Shown here one piece after another: positions 39,588 through 51,802 of a stretch of DNA of 64,000 nucleotides. The DNA lies in NCBI GenBank assembly GCA_951406725.2, contig OX597838.1:24118001-24182000 (forward strand). The letters run 5' to 3'. A program made the translations under genes and the position numbers. Source of the stretch: Octopus vulgaris. Its lineage: Eukaryota. Numbering within the stretch: position 1 is the stretch's first letter; every line of letters begins with the position of its first letter. The notes beneath the pieces were generated by a model, which saw only the letters and a list, made by a program, of their open reading frames with translations, was not told the DNA's origin and searched no databases.

Positions 39588-39998
39588 ACCAACACACACA
39601 CACACACAAACACACGCACACCAACACAAACACATACATGCACAACAACACACACAAACACAATCACACACCAACACACACATACAAACACACATGCACA
39701 AACACACACACAAACACACACAAACACACACGCAACCACACACACACACCAACAAACACAATCACACACCAACACACATACAAACACACACACAAACACA
39801 CACACAATCACACACCAGCACACACATCAACACACACATACAAACACACACGCACAAACACACACACAATCACACACCAGCACACCAACACACACATACA
39901 AACACACACACACACAATCACACACTAACACACACACACACACACCAACACACACATACAATCACACACACACCAACACACACACAAACGCACACACA
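39588..39998. repeat. (CA)n-rich compound microsatellite
   Basis: Direct inspection. Confidence 0.95.
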
Positions 39999-40733
39999 AT
40001 ACTCCCTACAAACAGAAGGATCAAACATTGGTTTCTGATTTAAGGACAAGGCCTGCAATTCTGAAGAGAGGGGTTCAGTTGATACAATTGACAGTAGTTC
40101 TTGATTGGGACTTTGACTTATCAATCCCAAAAGTGTGGAAGCATATTCCTCTTTATGCATACGAATGGAGGGAAAATAGTTTTATCCTTTATCCTTAACA
40201 CTTTTGAACCCACATGATACCACACATGGCGCAAGCTCCCACCTGACCATCTCTTTGTCAAACCATTCATCCCATGCCATCATGGAAGGAAGACGTTAAG
40301 TGACGATCATGATGATGATGATTTGTCCACTCTGTTGGGTGGTTGGTATTAGGAAGGGCGTCCAGCTGTAAAAACCATGCCGAAATCCGCCGAAACTACA
40401 CCTGATTATATATACACTTTAGATGAGTTGTAGTGCACCTGAGCACTGTACACAATTATTATTATTATTATTATTATTATAAAACAGACACAGAAGTCTG
40501 GTGCAGGCTCCTGCCTGGCCATCTGTGAAACTGTCCAACACATGCCAGCATGGAAGGCAGAGATTAAGTGATGATGATGACAATGATTTAAAATGCTGTC
40601 AAAAAGAAAAAAAAATCAGCCTTTTTGCCTTCACATGTGTGTATGTGTGTGTGTTTCATCATATCTCTCCGAATATCAGGCAGTTGAACCTAATCTTTGG
40701 AGAGATTTCATTTCATATGGATGCATGAAGTAG

Positions 40734-41157
40734 TAATAATACCTTTTCCTATAGGCACAAGGGCTAAAGATTTGGAGGAAGGGGTTAGTCAGTTATATAG
40801 ACCCCCAGTGCTCAACTGGTACTTATTTTATCGACCCGAAGGAACGAAAGGTAAAGTGGACGTAAGTAGAATTTGAACTCAGAACATAAAGACAGACAAA
40901 ATGGCTGCTGAGCGTGTTAACCATACTATAAAGTGATACGAATGGTTCCAAATTTTGGCTCTAGGCCTGGAAGTTTCAGGTAGGGAGTAAGATGACTACA
41001 TCGACCCCAGTGCTCAACTGGTACTTATTTTATTGACCCCAGAAGGATGAAGGGCAAAATTGAGCTTGATGGAATTTGAACTCAGAGCATAAAGGCAGAT
41101 GAAATACCACTAAGCATTTTGCTTGGCATGCTTACGATTCTACCAGCTTTCCACCTT

Positions 41158-41192
<35 letters not shown>

Positions 41193-42340
41193 TAATCCTT
41201 TCTATTATAGGCACAAGGCCTGATATTTTGGAAGAAGGGAGTAGTTGATTACATCAACCCCCAGTCTTTCACTTATTTTATTGACCCCAAAAGAATAAAA
41301 GGCAAAGTCAACCTCGGCAGAATTTGAACTCACAATGTAAAGTTTGACAAAATACTACTAAACGTTTTCCTGGCATGCTAACGTTTCTTATTTCTTTATT
41401 GCCCACAAGGAGCTACACATAGAGGGGACGAACAAGGACAGACAAAGGGATTAAGTCGATTACATCAACCCCAGTGTGTAACTGGTACTTATTTAATCGA
41501 CCCCCGAAAGGATGAAAGGCTAAGTTGCCCTCGGTGGAATTTGAACTCAGAATATAGCAGCAGATGAAATACTGCTAAGCATTTCGCCCGGTATGCTAAC
41601 GTTTCTGCCAGCTCGCCGCCTTAAATGATAATAATAACCCTTTCTATTATGGGCACAAGGCCTGAAATTTGAGTGAGGGGCTAGACGATCACATCAACCC
41701 CAGTGCTCAACTGGTACTTATTTTATCGACCCCAAAAGGATGAAAAGCAAAGTCAACCTCAGCAGCATTTGAACCCAGAATGTAGCGCCAGACGAAATAT
41801 TGCTAAGCATTTTGCCCAGTGTGCAAATGATTCTGTCAGCTCATCACCTTGATAATAATAATAATCCTTTCTACTGAAGACACAAGGCCTTGAAATTTGG
41901 AGGGAGGAGACTAGTCAATTACATCGATCCTAGTGTTTCACTGGTACTTAAGTTATCGACCCCAAAAGGGATGAAAGCTAAAGTCGACCTTGGCAGCATT
42001 TGCACTCAGAATGTAGCGACAGACGAAATACTGCTAAGCTTTTCGCCCGGCATGTGTTAACATGATTCTGCTAACTCACCACCTTCATACTGATAATAAT
42101 AATAATCATTTTTACTATAGGTACAAGGCCTGCAATTTTGGGGGAGAGGGCCAGTTGATTAGATTGATTCCAGTACGCAACTGGTACTTAATTGATCGAC
42201 CCTGAAAGGACGAAGTGCAAAGTTGACCACGGCGGATTTTATACTCAGAACTGAGTGACGGGCAAAATACCACTAAGCATTTCGTCCAGTGTGCTAACGA
42301 TTCTGCCAGCTCGCCACCTTATACTGATAATAAAAATAAT
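40734..42340 (-). mobile_element. Head-to-tail array of about seven SINE family B copies
   Basis: ~200-240-bp units each with catcgaccccag..ctggtactta..gaccccaaaaggatgaaaggcaaagtc..gaatttgaactcagaa; several joined by (TAA)n. Confidence 0.88.
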
Positions 42341-42639
42341 AATGATACATTCATACACAGTGTTTACATTCTTCTTTTCTTTTTTTTTTTTAACCTATGG
42401 AACTCTTTGATTCCTGTTTTACTCTACTGGACCTCCGTAGCCATTTGGTGTGTATATAAAAAATCCGACTGAATTTTTATTATAAAATATTATTGGGAAT
42501 TATATTTTTTTAAAAATTAAATATTTTGTGTATTGTAGAAGTATAGAGCAATTTATAACTCAAATTTTAACAGCAAAAATCTTATATATATCTCCAAGGG
42601 CCATATGAACCCCGTTTGAGAACCACTAGTTTATACTGC

Positions 42640-43300
42640 ACGTGTGTGTCTGGATTTATGTCTGTCATGCGTTGTACTTGAAATAAATAAGCTACCTCAT
42701 GGTCCTTCAAGAATTATCAGAGATCAAAGATCGTACATTGATTACACGAGCGCTCTTAGATAACAGCTGCTTTTTGTACATTCTCAGTTAATGTTATAGT
42801 TTGTTAGAAACGGCGGCGTGAGTTGAGCGTAATATGTCATTTACGAAAATGGAAGTAAGTCTGTGAACGTGTTTTTGTTCTTACAATTATTGTTGACCTT
42901 CTTGGTGTTACTTTTATTATTTATAAATGTTTATTATTCATAAATTATGGTTAGTCGGGCTTAACGAAAGAATACGGGCTCTTTTTACAAACCACGAAGT
43001 GTTGACAACAAAGATTGAGGGCGGTGCAGAACGAAACCAGGTGGGTTTACATAAAAACACATGTAAGAAAGAGAAATAACTACAACTAAAACAAAAATTC
43101 AAACACAGAAAAATTTCCCTAAAAGTTAGGAGACCTCCGCGGTCTATTCTTGGAAACTCGCCCCCAAATCACGGTCACTCTAATCACTAAGGCAAGTGCC
43201 CTCTCCTAGCTGTCGTTCTGTCTACAGAAGCATGCCCGGAACAGGTTCGTATATTTGGACAATGCTTGTCACACTCGTCCGCTTTTCGGTAATAATAATA
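42640..43300 (+). promoter_or_regulatory. Probable promoter/first-exon region of the CENP-V gene
   Basis: Unique, repeat-free stretch with far more CpG than the surroundings (e.g. cggcggcgtgagttgagcg), containing the candidate ATG exon(s). Confidence 0.5.
42834..42854 (+). CDS. CENPV: CENP-V/GFA-family gene, candidate first coding exon (MSFTKME)
   Basis: ATG TCA TTT ACG AAA ATG GAA|gtaagt: perfect donor, phase 0 matches the next exon, and it lies in a locally CpG-rich unique region. Confidence 0.65.
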
Positions 43301-43680
43301 GTTTCAGAATTTAAGCAGAAAACCAGTAACTTTAAAGGATGGGGAGTTAGTAGATGCTGTAAATTCCAGTACCTGACTGATTCTTTATTGTATTGACCTG
43401 AGGGGGTCAATACAATAATGTTTAAACAGTTCGGCAATATACAAAACGTAAAGAGCCGCAACTAAAAACAAGGTATTTTATTTTACTCGGAGCTGTTTGT
43501 AAGGGAGGCGGATAATCGATATCATTGTCTCTCGTACTTGACTGGTACTTTATTTTATCGACCAAGAAAAGATGAAAGGCAAAGTTAACTTCGGCGGAGC
43601 TTAAACTTAGAACTTAAAAACGCAAAGAGCCGGATGCCTTGCGGTATTTAGTTACATATTTATTCGTTCTGGCTTTACAT

Positions 43681-43830
43681 CAGTCGTTCCCAACCTGTGG
43701 TCCGCAAAGGTAGCACTGGAGAAGGTCCGTGAACATATTAAGCTGACAGGCCTTTCAATATCCTGGGGTCCGCAGGAAAACTCATTTAAATAAACGGGGT
43801 CGTTGGTAGTGAAGAGGTTGGGAACCATTG
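43681..43830. mobile_element. hAT (Charlie-like) MITE
   Basis: TIRs cagtcgttcccaacct / aggttgggaaccattg; 8-bp TSD ctttacat / ctttacgt. Confidence 0.85.
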
Positions 43831-43974
43831 CTTTACGTTATATCGAGGTTGGGGATTTTTTCATCCACCCGGGGTCGATAAAATAACTCAGCAAAATATT
43901 CTTCAATTTAAGACAGTAAAATGTTAGCTGAAGGAAACTTTGTTATTTGTCGCAAGCCTAGTGACCATGTAAAG

Positions 43975-44213
43975 CAGTGATTTTCAACTGGGGTCCATAT
44001 AAGGTACCTTTTTGTTAAAATTTACGTGCACTAAATTATTTATATATTTACACTACACTAAATATGTTAACATTTGTCTCATGTAATTCCTGATAATATT
44101 TAATTCTAAAAATATAATTAAACTTTTTAAAGATCGAATGGCTACGAGGGTCACCTGACTAAATAGGAATCAAAGTGATCCATAGGTGAAAAAAAAATGG
44201 TTGATAACCACTG
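43975..44213. mobile_element. hAT MITE
   Basis: TIRs cagtgattttcaac / gttgataaccactg; 8-bp TSD atgtaaag / atgtagag; a decayed inverted relative lies at ~42390-42628. Confidence 0.8.
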
Positions 44214-44483
44214 ATGTAGAGGTTATTTTTGTTGTGGTTGTTTTGGCTCCAGGTCAGTCCCGATTGTAGAGCAATAAATTCAATATAACTTCTAAATTCA
44301 CGAACTTGTGCCTGTATTAAAAAATTGCTGAGGATCGAAAATCTCGATTAAATTGCTGGCCTTATGCCTAAATCATAAATCATTGTTATAATTTATTAAT
44401 TTCTCTAAAGTTATTGATCGGTATGCAGAATATGTGATTTGGTTTAGATTCTGGTCCTATTAAAAAGTATCAGAAATTGTTAG

Positions 44484-44990
44484 TTGTCGGAGGGTGTCTT
44501 GGCATCACTCAGCAAGGCTTTTGTTAGCCGCTCTCCAGCCATCTATTTAAAACTGTATACAGCTATGGTACGACCACACTTGGAATTCGCATCATCAGTT
44601 TGGAACCCCTATCTTGCTCAGAACATTGACCTCCTGGAATCTGTCCAGAGACGTGCAACCAAACGCATACCCTATCAGACACCTACCATATTCTGAGCGC
44701 CTTGTTTCCCTGGGCATGGATTCACTGAAGCTCCGCGTCTGGCGATTGTAACCTTCAAACATTTTTCACGCTCAGAGTTGTGAAGATGGAATAAATTATA
44801 AACTTCCATGCTTCCCTGAGATTCGCCAACACTACACCTGATTTTCTCCCTCCATACACACACAAGCATGTATCTGACTCATACACTGTTCGCTTCCCAG
44901 GTATTTGTACATTACTGCATATGCTTTATACGCACTTTTGACAAGTTGTGGTGCACCTGAGCACTGTGTATACAATAATTTCATTATTAT
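44484..44990 (+). mobile_element. CR1/L2-type LINE 3' fragment (second family)
   Basis: Peptide LYTAMVRPHLEFASSVWNPYLAQNIDLLESVQRRATKRIP, frameshifted; (ATT)n tail. Confidence 0.85.
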
Positions 44991-47787
44991 TATTTTAACT
45001 AAGTTGAAAATCGCATAATTCAATGAATGGGGCAGGGGAAGTAACTCTGCTGTGATTTTTTTTTCTAGTAAAATTTTAAATTTCGATAGGGTTTTTTTTC
45101 TTCTACTCTATGGAGGGGGCCAGTCGATTAGATCGACTCCAGTAAGCAACTGGTACTTAATTTAGCGACCCTGTAACGGATGAAAGGTGAATTCGACCTC
45201 GTAGAATTTCGAAGGGTTTTTTAAAATCTTTCAGTCAAGCAAGAAGGCAATGCCAATGACCATTTACTGGACCAGCGGAACTAGTGACAGGGAGCTATCC
45301 TCAAACTAGAAGCTTCGTCTGAATGCTTGCAACAAAGTGGACTCCACTAGAGACACTCAAAGGACCCAGTCTGTAGTATAAAACCAGGTTGACGGGTTAA
45401 GTAGGACATAACGGGATTTGAACTCAAAACGCAAAAGAGCTGGAACCAATACTGCATGGCATCCGATCTCATGTTCTTAGAATTTTAGATGAGCCGAAAG
45501 TCTGGTTTAAGCACTTCGTATAACCTTTCATAATTATTTTCATTTCTGAAATTTTCAGAAATTTTTTGCGAAATTGGGTTCTTCATAAATACTAAAATTT
45601 TAACTTTTTCATATTAAAAAAAAAAATCATAGTTTAAAATGTGGATAGTCAGAATTTTTCTTTAAATCCAAGAAATAGACCGTTATTGAAAAACATCAAT
45701 ACATGTCAGTGACAAAGAAACGAGGAAAGTATCAGGTGGTCGTGGGATGTGCTAAAAACAACAGCTAAATTGCTCTTAAATCACCCACAAAAAATTATAA
45801 ATCTTTTTTGCATAATCGTATGCATTCTCGTGTATTGAACACAAGTTCACAAAATCTTTCTGAAAATTCAAAAGAATAATAAAAAGTTATGTGGGTTTAT
45901 ATGGGGTGTTTAAACCAGAATTCCACCCCAATTGGATTTTGTTGAATTTCCTCTAGCCACCTAAAGTATATCAAATTTTCACCAGATTATTTTCAAAGTA
46001 TATAGTTTTTGCATGCTGAAGATGAAAATCGCTTTTCTTTTCTTTCTTTCTTCCTTTTTTTTCTTCCTAAAAATCAAAAATTAAGAAGCTACATCAGTGA
46101 AGGAATTTTTCTTTTTAAATCTGGTGAAAATTTCAAATACTGTTGAATTGCTGCTTTTTTTCTTTTCTCAACCCCAAAAGGAGTTCTGTTCAAAACTTCA
46201 GAACTCACCTTTTACTCATGACACAAGAACATATTTTACGAATTCTGTTTCAATATTGTTTTGGTTTTTAAACCAACACAGACTTTGACTGCTTCCCTTC
46301 GATACCAGTCTACCTGTTTGTTTCCTTTTGTTGTATCTCACACTGCAAATATCTACACTTTATAGAGATAGGTAACAAAAAACAACACCAATGATGTATT
46401 TTTTTTAACGATTCAGTTTTACCAACAAAAGAGGGAGAGGGATAGAGAAAGAGATTTTAGAGTGTAGGACAGATTTGGTTTCAGAAAGCCTCTTGTCCTC
46501 CTTTAATAGCCACTCATCTAATTATTGTCTTAAGCTGTAGCCAGTGCCATCATTAGGCATGAGCACAACTGGCAGTTACCCAAGGGGCCTCGCTGACATG
46601 AGAGACTCAATTCTACGTATCTTCTGGCTTGTTTATCAATAAATATATCTATATATAAAAGGCAGGATGTGTGTGTGTATACGTGAATGTAATTTATGCA
46701 CATCCACAAATTAGCACGCATGTTGCTCCAATTTTAGGAAGACATTCGTCATGACCCTAGCTGTGTTTTCGTCAACTTATTTTTTCCAGGGGCACCAGCG
46801 AATAGCAGTAAAAATAAATTTTCAACCAAAATTTTTAACAATTTTCAAGTTGGAGAAATCACAATTATTTGCAAACACAGGAGTTAAGTCTCCTTGCGAC
46901 GAGTAAGTTTTTAAGGGTCTATATAATATTTTGGGGGTTCCACATCGCAAAATAGTAAACTGGGGATCCAAAATAGTATTTTAAGGGCTCCTGAGAAAAT
47001 TTTGCTTTACATGTATATATTGGTATGTACTGCAAGAAACAACTGGGTTTCTTTCACTAACATTTTACACAGTTCAAACTTTGCCTTTCATCCTTCTGGA
47101 GGCTGATAAATTAAGTACCAGTTGCGTGCTGGGGGAGGGGGTCGATCTAATCAACTGGCTCCCTCCCCAAAAATTTCAGGACTTGTGCCTAAAGTAGAAA
47201 AGAATATTATTCTAATGGAAAGGCAGCAAGCTGGCAGAAATGTTAGCATGCTGGGCAAAATGCTTAGCGGTATTTGCCTGTCTTTATGTTCTGAGTTCAA
47301 ATTCCACTGACGTCAACTTTGCCTTTCATCCTTTCAGGGTCAATAAATTAAGTACCAGCTGTGTACTGGGATCGATCTAAAAAATTTTAGTCCTTGTGCC
47401 TAGAGTAGAAAAGAATATTATTCTAATGAACTAAGGCAACGAGGTGGCAGAATTGTTAGCACACTGGACAAAATGTTTAGCATCATTTTGTCCGTCTTTA
47501 TGATCCATGTTCAAATTCTGGCTGGGTCGAGTTTGATTTCCATCCTTTCAGAACCAATAAAATAAGTACCAAAGAAGCCCCAAAATTGCTGGCCTTGTGC
47601 CAAAATTTGAAACCAATATTATGCTTAGGAATGAGAACCCAGGTTCGAAATTTCCCCAAGACACCTGATGAAGGCTTGAGAGTATATCAGCTGAAACATG
47701 TTAACAACAAACAAGATGAGGACAAATATCCATCAATTGTAACTAATGTAAACAATATTATGCTAATGGACACATGTTGTATTGCAG

Positions 47788-47879
47788 ATCACTAAAAAGG
47801 CATACTTTGGTGGCTGTCACTGTGGAGCGGTTCGATTCCAATGCTGGGCACCAGAAACAATACTGGTTCTTGAATGCAA
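47788..47879 (+). CDS. CENPV: CENP-V/GFA-family coding exon 2
   Basis: Acceptor attgcag|ATC, donor AA|gtgagt. Encodes ITKKAYFGGCHCGAVRFQCWAPETILVLEC(N); GGCHCGAVRF is the GFA/CENP-V motif. Confidence 0.93.
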
Positions 47880-48039
47880 GTGAGTTTCCTTATTTATTTC
47901 CTTCAGAGGTTCTTTCTGTTTTGTGCCTGAGGTAGACGATGACATGCAGTTTGTCCAGTTGTTTAGTGTGGATGAAAAGATGATGACACGCAGGCTCATT
48001 ATGGAATTCTAACTGCACGTGTTAAAGCTCTATCTGTGA

Positions 48040-48272
48040 CGATTTCATCTCAATCGAAGGAGAGGGGCTTTCTCCATCTTGGTTGCGGATCCGTGGAATA
48101 AGCTGCCGGACAAGATAGTGAAGATGCCGACGACCGCTCGGTTCAAAGTCTCTCTTGACCAGACATGGCCTGAACTCTTTGCATGAACACGCTCCCTGTA
48201 CATAACTCCATGTCCCCCTACATGGCCTTGCTTTTGGCTTTTTGAGCCAAAAAATTAACTTAACTTAACTTA
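48040..48272 (+). mobile_element. CR1-type LINE 3' fragment
   Basis: Reverse-orientation homologue of 5918-6150 with a (TAACT)n tail. Confidence 0.85.
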
Positions 48273-49349
48273 TCATCATTGTTCGACCATGGTCGAGACA
48301 ATGGAATTTACTATGCTACGCCAGACCTCACAGTCCATCATAGCATTACGGAGGTCCTGTTGCTGGATGCCTGTATCCCTGGAGATTACATCAGGATAGG
48401 AGAGTGTGTGCCCTCTGGTATCGCGAGTAGAGGAGAAGAGTAGAAATTGCCTCGTTTTCAGCTCTACAACAATGTCCAGCAAACTGGACTCTCCTACCTG
48501 TTATTGATAGCTGCATGTACACGTGTGTGAGCGTACATGTGTATCCCTCTCTCTCTTTCGGAGAGGCACTGAGCACCTACACACACACATACACGGCAGT
48601 AACTTCCGCCTACCGAATTCAATCACAAAGCTTCGGTCGACTCGGGGCTATAGTGGAAGACACTGAACCCGAAACCATGTAGCTAGGAAGCAAGCTCCCT
48701 AACCACACAGCCATATGTATATATTTGGGTATATGTGTATATGTATGTTTGTATATATATATGTGTATCTGTGTGTTGAAGGGGCCAGAGGAGCTGGCAT
48801 CGACCACGATCGGTTGGTGCGTTTTACGTGCCACCGGCACAGAAGCCAGTCAAGGCAGCACTGGCATTGTCCACGTTCGGATGGTGCTTTTTACGCGTCA
48901 CCGGCACAGGTATCACATCTACAATTTCCATTTGATTTTCATTTTGATGTTGATGTACTTGACTCAATAGGGTCTCTTCAAGCACAGCAGGTCGCCCTAT
49001 GATCCAAGGTAAGCACAGCAGGCCGTCCTGCGATCCAAGGTGCTTTGGATGGGCTGGAGCTGCTATGGGAACAAAAAACATCATCTTCATCTTCTTTGCC
49101 CATTTATTCCTGGGAAGGTTGTGGGGGCAGAATCCTCTCACTTGCCTCCCATTGGGTCTTGCTAGAAGCAACCATCTCCAACTGATCCAGCTGGATTCCC
49201 CAAGCAAGATCAACTGTGCTCACGGAAGTTATCTAACCATCATACTCGTGGTCTACCCTTGGGTCTCCTACCAGTTGGTTTATTCCATAAAATCTGTCTA
49301 GGGATTCTTTCCCCAGACATTCTTAGCACATATCCATAGTAACAGAGTT

Positions 49350-49735
49350 ACTCTTTTACTTGTTTCAGTCATTTGACTATGGCCATGCTGGAGCATTGTC
49401 TTTAGTCGAGCACATCGACCCCAGGACTTATTCTTTGTGAGCCTAGTACTTACTCTATCAGTCTCTTTTCCCAAGCCAAGTTATGGGGACGTAAACACAC
49501 CAGCATGGGTTGTCAAGCGATGTTGGGGGGGTCAAACACAGACACATAAACACACACACACACACATACATATATACGACGGGCTTCTTTCAGTTTCCAT
49601 CTACCAAATCCACTCACAAGGCTTTGGTCGGCCCGAGGCTATAGTAGAAGACACTTGCCCAAGGTGCCACGCAGTGGGAATGAACCCAGAACCATGTGGT
49701 TGGTAAGCAAGCTACTTACCACACAGCCATTCCTG
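49350..49735 (-). mobile_element. tRNA-derived SINE, family A
   Basis: Family sequence. Confidence 0.85.
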
Positions 49736-49939
49736 TGATTTCTCAGTTCAAAGAATTAGTGGCTTCTACCTGGAATGAAGACTTGCAGGATAAAAACAAA
49801 ACAGAAAAATAGCTTGCTTGATAGACAGGTAAGGGTTAGCAACAGAAAGAGCATCCAGTTGAACAATGCCTCAGTTATGTGCCTTCGTCTAACCCATGCT
49901 AGCATGGAAAAAGAACGGATGTAAAAACAAACAACTCTT

Positions 49940-50103
49940 TCATGGGGCCGAAGAGATGATAGTCCAGTGACGAGGAAGTGAAAATTCTAGTGAAGAAGTG
50001 GCTCAAAGAACAGTCAACAGAATTTTACGGGGCAGGGATACATGTTCTCATTCGAAGGTGGAACATTGCTATTGAGAGAAACGGTGACTATGTTGAGAAG
50101 TAG
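49940..50103 (+). mobile_element. mariner transposase C-terminal fragment
   Basis: Peptide SDEEVKILVKKWLKEQSTEFYGAGIHVLIRRWNIAIERNGDYVEK*. Confidence 0.8.
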
Positions 50104-50165
50104 GGATGTGATTCACAGAGGACCAGCTTCATTTGGATGTAGGATACATGTTCTTGTGTTGGTAA

Positions 50166-50316
50166 TTATAATTTAACACACTCACTGGTAAAATTTCCAC
50201 TTATTACTTATTTTTATTTTCCTAAAATTTTCGATACATCTTGCAACCTTTTAAATAGACTTTTAGGAAAGTAAGGAATAAGTGGAAATTTTACTGGTGA
50301 GTGTGTTAAATTATAA
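50166..50316. repeat. Inverted repeat (40-bp arms, 2 mismatches) in CENP-V intron 2
   Basis: ttataatttaacacactcactggtaaaatttccacttatt / aataagtggaaattttactggtgagtgtgttaaattataa. Confidence 0.85.
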
Positions 50317-50642
50317 GACACAAAAAGAAAACGACTCTCCCCAGACAACAAAATCATCATTATTTTCCCCTCTTACTGTTTTGTTTCATTTTGAAAAATA
50401 TTTATTTTATTGTTTGTTATTGTTTATATTTTGAATTACATAATCTTTTATGGGGGCACCAAAGTCTCTTAAGTGCTTAGGGCCTCAATGGGTCTTCATC
50501 CGGTCCTGAAGCAGGCGCAAGATGGAATGATTGTTAACCTAGTGTTATATAGACTAGTATATCTAGTGTGCTGTTTTGCACTACTGTATGGTACTGTAAT
50601 ATACTGTACTGAATAGTATTCTTTCCTTTCTTTCTTTTATAG

Positions 50643-50712
50643 TTGCAGCATTTGCTTTGTGAAACACAATACTCATTTTATTGTACATGAATCAAATATG
50701 GAAATACTCAAG
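50643..50712 (+). CDS. CENPV: CENP-V/GFA-family coding exon 3
   Basis: Acceptor cttttatag|T, donor AAG|gtgggt. Completes CNCSIC and encodes FVKHNTHFIVHESNMEILK. Confidence 0.92.
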
Positions 50713-51439
50713 GTGGGTCTCAAATTGTCTCCTTTCTTTACAAACAACTATAGCTTTTTTTGTTGTTGTTACTTTGGTGAAGGGGTATAAAAGGAAAGTG
50801 GTAAAGTTGTTGAGTACATTGACCCAAGTACTTGACTGGTAGCTTATTTAATTGACCCCGAAAAGTTGAAAATCAAAGTTGACCTGAGTAGGATTTGAAC
50901 CCTGAATACCAAAAACTAGAAGAGATGCTGCTGAACATTTTGTACGATGCACTAATGATGCTGCCAGTTTTTCACCTTTTATAATATTTCTGAATTAGGC
51001 AGAAGGCCAGCAGTTTTAAAGGGGAGGGATTAACAGGTACCATCAACCCCAGCAAATGACTGGTATTTTATTCTATTGACCTTGGAGGGATGAAAGAAAA
51101 AGTTGTCCTCAGCAAGATTTGAACTCAGAATGAAAAGACCCAGAAGAAATACTGCAAAACATTTTTTTTTTTGAATGCTGCAATAATTTTGCCTGTTTAC
51201 TCCCTTCTTTTCAGTTTTGGAAGCCCTTGGTTAAAAAAAAAGGGTCTGGAAGCTGTCCTTCCTTCCTCTCATCAAATTGTGAAACAAAAAAATCTAAACT
51301 GTTCTTTGGAAAACAGATTAAAGAAATTTATTTCAATGGGTTGGTATCAAAAAGGTTAATGACTTATCTAACCCAGTGTCCCCTAACTTGCCCTCTTTAT
51401 TACTATTCCTCTTCATTGCCTTATTTTTCTTTCATTCAG

Positions 51440-51554
51440 GGAGAAGAAAACTTAACCACATATCGATTCAACACCATGACAGCAAAACACATGTTCTGCA
51501 AAATCTGCGGAGTACAGAGTTTCTATGTCCCTCGTTCAAACCAAGATTCTTATG
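51440..51554 (+). CDS. CENPV: CENP-V/GFA-family coding exon 4
   Basis: Acceptor ttcattcag|GGA, donor G|gtaagc. Encodes GEENLTTYRFNTMTAKHMFCKICGVQSFYVPRSNQDSY, the characteristic FCxxCGVQSFY.PRSN motif. Confidence 0.95.
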
Positions 51555-51672
51555 GTAAGCAACAAGCAAAATAGATATATTTCGATCTGAAATTATCTGC
51601 AATTCACACAAAAAATTTTCTGTACTTTAAGACTTCAAATTCATTTATTTCTCATTTGTTTGTTTCTCGCAG

Positions 51673-51788
51673 GCATCAATCCTCGCTGTTTGGATTCTTA
51701 TGAGTCCTTATCAATGAAAACTGAATATTTTGATGGCAGACATTGGGAAACGTCTTTTTCTGAGAAGGCCCCACAGTCATTTAAGTAA
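51673..51788 (+). CDS. CENPV: CENP-V/GFA-family last coding exon
   Basis: Acceptor tttctcgcag|GC. Encodes (G)INPRCLDSYESLSMKTEYFDGRHWETSFSEKAPQSFK*, with the CLD...FDG..WE motif; stop TAA at 51786-51788. Confidence 0.93.
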
Positions 51789-51802
51789 CAAACTATGCTC
51801 AC

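Noticed and set aside
43090-43290. snRNA, RNase P/MRP or telomerase RNA on the minus strand (short hairpins plus AATTTTT Sm-like runs)
   Set aside because: No recognisable conserved boxes (no RNase P CR-I/CR-V, no CUAACCCU template, no spliceosomal snRNA 5' motifs); better explained as promoter or first-exon sequence. An Rfam cmscan would settle it.
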